From contig NC_069005.1 of NCBI RefSeq assembly GCF_001194135.2, forward strand, positions 4,049,582-4,087,471: a stretch of 37,890 nt of DNA, in the 5' to 3' direction. Positions 34,406 to 37,890 of the stretch are shown here, one piece after another. Both the position numbers and the translations under genes were made by a program. The notes below the pieces were generated by a model. The model was not told the DNA's origin. It saw only the letters and a list, made by a program, of their open reading frames with translations, and did not search any database. The first letter of the stretch is position 1. Each line of letters opens with the position of its first letter. The DNA is from Octopus bimaculoides (Eukaryota).

Positions 34406-34825
34406 CAGTAGTCTTATTTTTATCACGTGTTTTCACTGCACTACAAAGCTCAGCTCTGTGCGCCTTGGGTATGTGCTGTGGTTTGTTGTGGTGCTCTTAT
34501 TTTTACTGTATTGAATATGTTTTACGTATAATGTGTGCAATGCCTAGTAGTGCTATTTCCTGTATGTTATATATATACTTGTAAGTCCTCGTATTTTTGT
34601 TATGTTTTTGTCTGAATGTTTATTTTTTATCATAACTAAACTCTACAATAGAGTTACCTGTATTTCCAGATCGTTGTATTTCGAAAGATTCTCCGTTTCT
34701 TTTGCAGAAACATTGTCTTCTGTCGGTATTGATACATTGTTTAGAAAGTATGTTTTTCCATGATGATCTCTGATAACTATATCTGGCCTATTGGCCTTAA
34801 TTTTTCTATCTGTGTGTATTGGCAT
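34404..34825 (-). mobile_element. R4/Dong-like non-LTR retrotransposon 3' end (RLE domain and 3' UTR)
   Basis: Minus-strand translation: PIHTDRKIKANRPDIVIRDHHGKTYFLNNVSIPTEDNVSAKETENLSKYNDLEIQV, then GLTSIYNIQEIALLGIAHIIRKTYSIQ* (stop at 34503-34505). A ~100-bp 3' UTR ends in (TAA)n. The PD..D restriction-like motif is present. Confidence 0.9.
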
Positions 34826-35039
34826 CTCTCAGAGCGTGGCTACTATGTCATGTTCTTATTACTTTTTTCTGGCGTGTGTCTTTACCATCTTTTTTCTGCT
34901 GTCATTCCATAGTTTTGGCACATAAGTCCGTAATCAGTCGTATCTATGAATATATTCATTCTTCTTCTTATCATCATCATCATCATCAGCAGCAGCAGCA
35001 GTAGTAGTAGTAGTAGTAGTAGTAGTACATTCATCCTTG

Positions 35040-35130
35040 TAGGTTTGATATAAATAAACACCAGTCCACCACTGGCCTTGACGTAATCGACTTATCTCCC
35101 CTTAAAATTTCTTACCATGTTGTAGTAGCA
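35040..35130 (+). mobile_element. SINE family B, 3' fragment
   Basis: gatataaataaacaccagtccaccactggccttgacgtaatcgacttatctccccttaaaatttc. Confidence 0.55.
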
Positions 35131-36989
35131 GCAAGAAAGAAAAAAGAGGCATCCTGTTTAAATGGGTAAAAGCGATAGGGTGCATAAATGAGAAGCAACA
35201 ATGAGTATCTATCTACGCCTGAAAAACACGGCATGTTCTTTCTTAATACGTCTTTTCTCATGATATTTGTTTAATTCGATTTCACCTGGGGCTAAACAAC
35301 ATCATTGCTTCACTGGTGAAATAATCGCACAGCCAGCTAGTAATGAGATTTTATTAATTGCAGACACAGTATCTGTAAAGATCTGATTCAGCTATGATTG
35401 CAAATTAAACCATTGAATCAACAGCGACATCAGTTCATTTCTTGGCACACAGTGAAATGTTTAAGTAAATGCTCAACTTTGACCTGTCCATCGAAAAGCG
35501 TTTGAGAAAAGTGGTCAGCTACGCATGTGACTTTGCTTCTTCTTCTCAACGTTCTTAACATGTTTCGTTTACACTCTGGCACCGCGTGCCTCTGCACTTA
35601 GGGGTTCACGAGACGTAACAACAATTTATTATTATGATGAAAGAAAATTTACTGTAACATTGTAGTAAAGGACAATTATTTTATTACACTGAATCGGTTG
35701 AGTTACTTTCAATGGTGAGTTACAACGCAGTGATACTTGTTCCGATTCCAATCAGAAATGTCATACAAATTCTTCTACTAATATATATATATATANNNNN
35801 NNNNNNNNNNNNNNNNNNNNNNNNNNNNNNNNNNNNNNNNNNNNNNNNNNNNNNNNNNNNNNNNNNNNNNNNNNNNNNNNNNNNNNNNNNNNNNNNNNNN
35901 NNNNNNNNNNNNNNNNNNNNNNNNNNNNNNNNNNNNNNNNNNNNNNNNNNNNNNNNNNNNNNNNNNNNNNNNNNNNNNNNNNNNNNNNNNNNNNNNNNNN
36001 NNNNNNNNNNNNNNNNNNNNNNNNNNNNNNNNNNNNNNNNNNNNNNNNNNNNNNNNNNNNNNNNNNNNNNNNNNNNNNNNNNNNNNNNNNNNNNNNNNNN
36101 NNNNNNNNNNNNNNNNNNNNNNNNNNNNNNNNNNNNNNNNNNNNNNNNNNNNNNNNNNNNNNNNNNNNNNNNNNNNNNNNNNNNNNNNNNNNNNNNNNNN
36201 NNNNNNNNNNNNNNNNNNNNNNNNNNNNNNNNNNNNNNNNNNNNNNNNNNNNNNNNNNNNNNNNNNNNNNNNNNNNNNNNNNNNNNNNNNNNNNNNNNNN
36301 NNNNNNNNNNNNNNNNNNNNNNNNNNNNNNNNNNNNNNNNNNNNNNNNNNNNNNNNNNNNNNNNNNNNNNNNNNNNNNNNNNNNNNNNNNNNNNNNNNNN
36401 NNNNNNNNNNNNNNNNNNNNNNNNNNNNNNNNNNNNNNNNNNNNNNNNNNNNNNNNNNNNNNNNNNNNNNNNNNNNNNNNNNNNNNNNNNNNNNNNNNNN
36501 NNNNNNNNNNNNNNNNNNNNNNNNNNNATGATGACGATAATCATCGTCGTTACATCACGTCTCAATTATTGCAGCTAGCAGCGGCAGTGAAGATGATGAT
36601 GCGGACACTCCTTTTGAAAACGAGGACAGAGATGTCAATGTTGTCGGTGATGACGATGACGGCGACAATGATGTAGAGAACGATAATGATGAATATAAAC
36701 TAAGATAACAATAGCGATGAAGTTGATAATTTTCATGTAAAACAAAAAAAAAAAAACACAGATATTAAAGACAATTTGACATAATAATGAATAAGAAATT
36801 GATGGAAACCGATGGAACGATAGAAGATGGGAAACCAGAAGATCTTGATAAATTCAATGATGACAGAGATTTGGCAGATGAAGTGGGTGAAATATATCAT
36901 TTCCCCTGTCATTCTCTCGCTATAATAAAGCCACCAGCATCACCAACACCCACACCACCATCGGCACCATAACTACTAATACCGCACCT

Positions 36990-37068
36990 GCTGCTACTAC
37001 TGCTGCTACTACTACTACTACTATTACTACTACTGCTGCTGCTGCTACTGCTGCTGCTGCTGCCAATG

Positions 37069-37122
<54 letters not shown>

Positions 37123-37359
37123 ACTNNNNNNNNNNNNNNNNNNNNNNNNNNNNNNNCTGCTGCCCCTGCTGTTGCTGATTCCTCCTACCTCTCCTCCTCT
37201 CTTCCCTCCTTCTCCTCCTCCTCTTATTCCTCCTCCACTTACTCCTCCTCCTGTTCCTCATCCTCCTCCTACTACTACAACTACGACTACGACTACTACT
37301 TGTACTACGATTAGGATTAATACTAATACTACAACTACATCATAATCACCACCATCAGC

Positions 37360-37402
<43 letters not shown>

Positions 37403-37412
37403 NNNNNNNNNN

Positions 37413-37456
<44 letters not shown>

Positions 37457-37809
37457 TGAACTGGATGATATCAATAGGAATAACGATGAGTAGCAATGGT
37501 TGAGATGATAGAGATGGTGGTGGTAGTGATGGTGGTGGAGGTGGTGTTGGCGGCTCGGGTGCTTTTCCTGGCAGCGGTAATGATGATAACGTTGACGATG
37601 ATTATGATGATGATGGTGATGATGATGATGATGATGATGATGACGATGATAAGGATGGTGAGGATAAACAAAAATGTTAAAATGATGACGATGATGATAC
37701 TAATAATCAAATAATCACAGACAATATCACCAACAACAAAGATATGAACATCAATGAGAGCAAAAGCAACAACAATAACAACAAAACCAACAACAGCAAT
37801 AAAAATAGC

Positions 37810-37878
<69 letters not shown>

Positions 37879-37890
37879 AAGAAGAAGAAG
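36990..37890. repeat. Compound trinucleotide array (CTA/CTG/TCC/AAT/GAT/AAC/AAG)
   Basis: Read directly; contains two short N gaps. Confidence 0.95.

Noticed and set aside
36787-36972. Acidic/proline-rich 61-aa ORF
   Set aside because: Derived from decayed GAT/CCA trinucleotide sequence, with no recognisable domain.
1-37890. CRISPR arrays, rRNA, telomeric repeats, prokaryotic operons
   Set aside because: None seen. All regular repeats are simple microsatellites or dispersed SINEs, and the sequence is clearly eukaryotic non-coding DNA.

Overview
AT-rich, microsatellite-saturated eukaryotic DNA with about 4 kb of N gaps in 11 runs. I infer from recalled repeat families that it is a coleoid cephalopod (Octopus-like) intronic or intergenic region. 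No host protein-coding gene can be supported: nearly all ORF-track entries are microsatellite or N-gap artefacts. Manual translation across frameshifts shows decayed mobile elements. These are three Penelope-like element (PLE) remnants with GIY-YIG endonuclease motifs, three R4/Dong-like RLE non-LTR retrotransposon fragments next to (TAA)n, a possible I/Ingi-like LINE remnant, two Tc1/mariner-derived short elements, and many SINEs from three families. The most interesting signals are hammerhead-ribozyme-like motifs. One has an intact core at 20849-20878. Two are degenerate, have unusually long stem II arms and lie just 3' of PLE endonuclease ORFs; one of these is followed by an ATG mini-exon and a consensus splice donor. 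PLE hammerheads are a known phenomenon, so these are candidates or variants, not a demonstrated new system.
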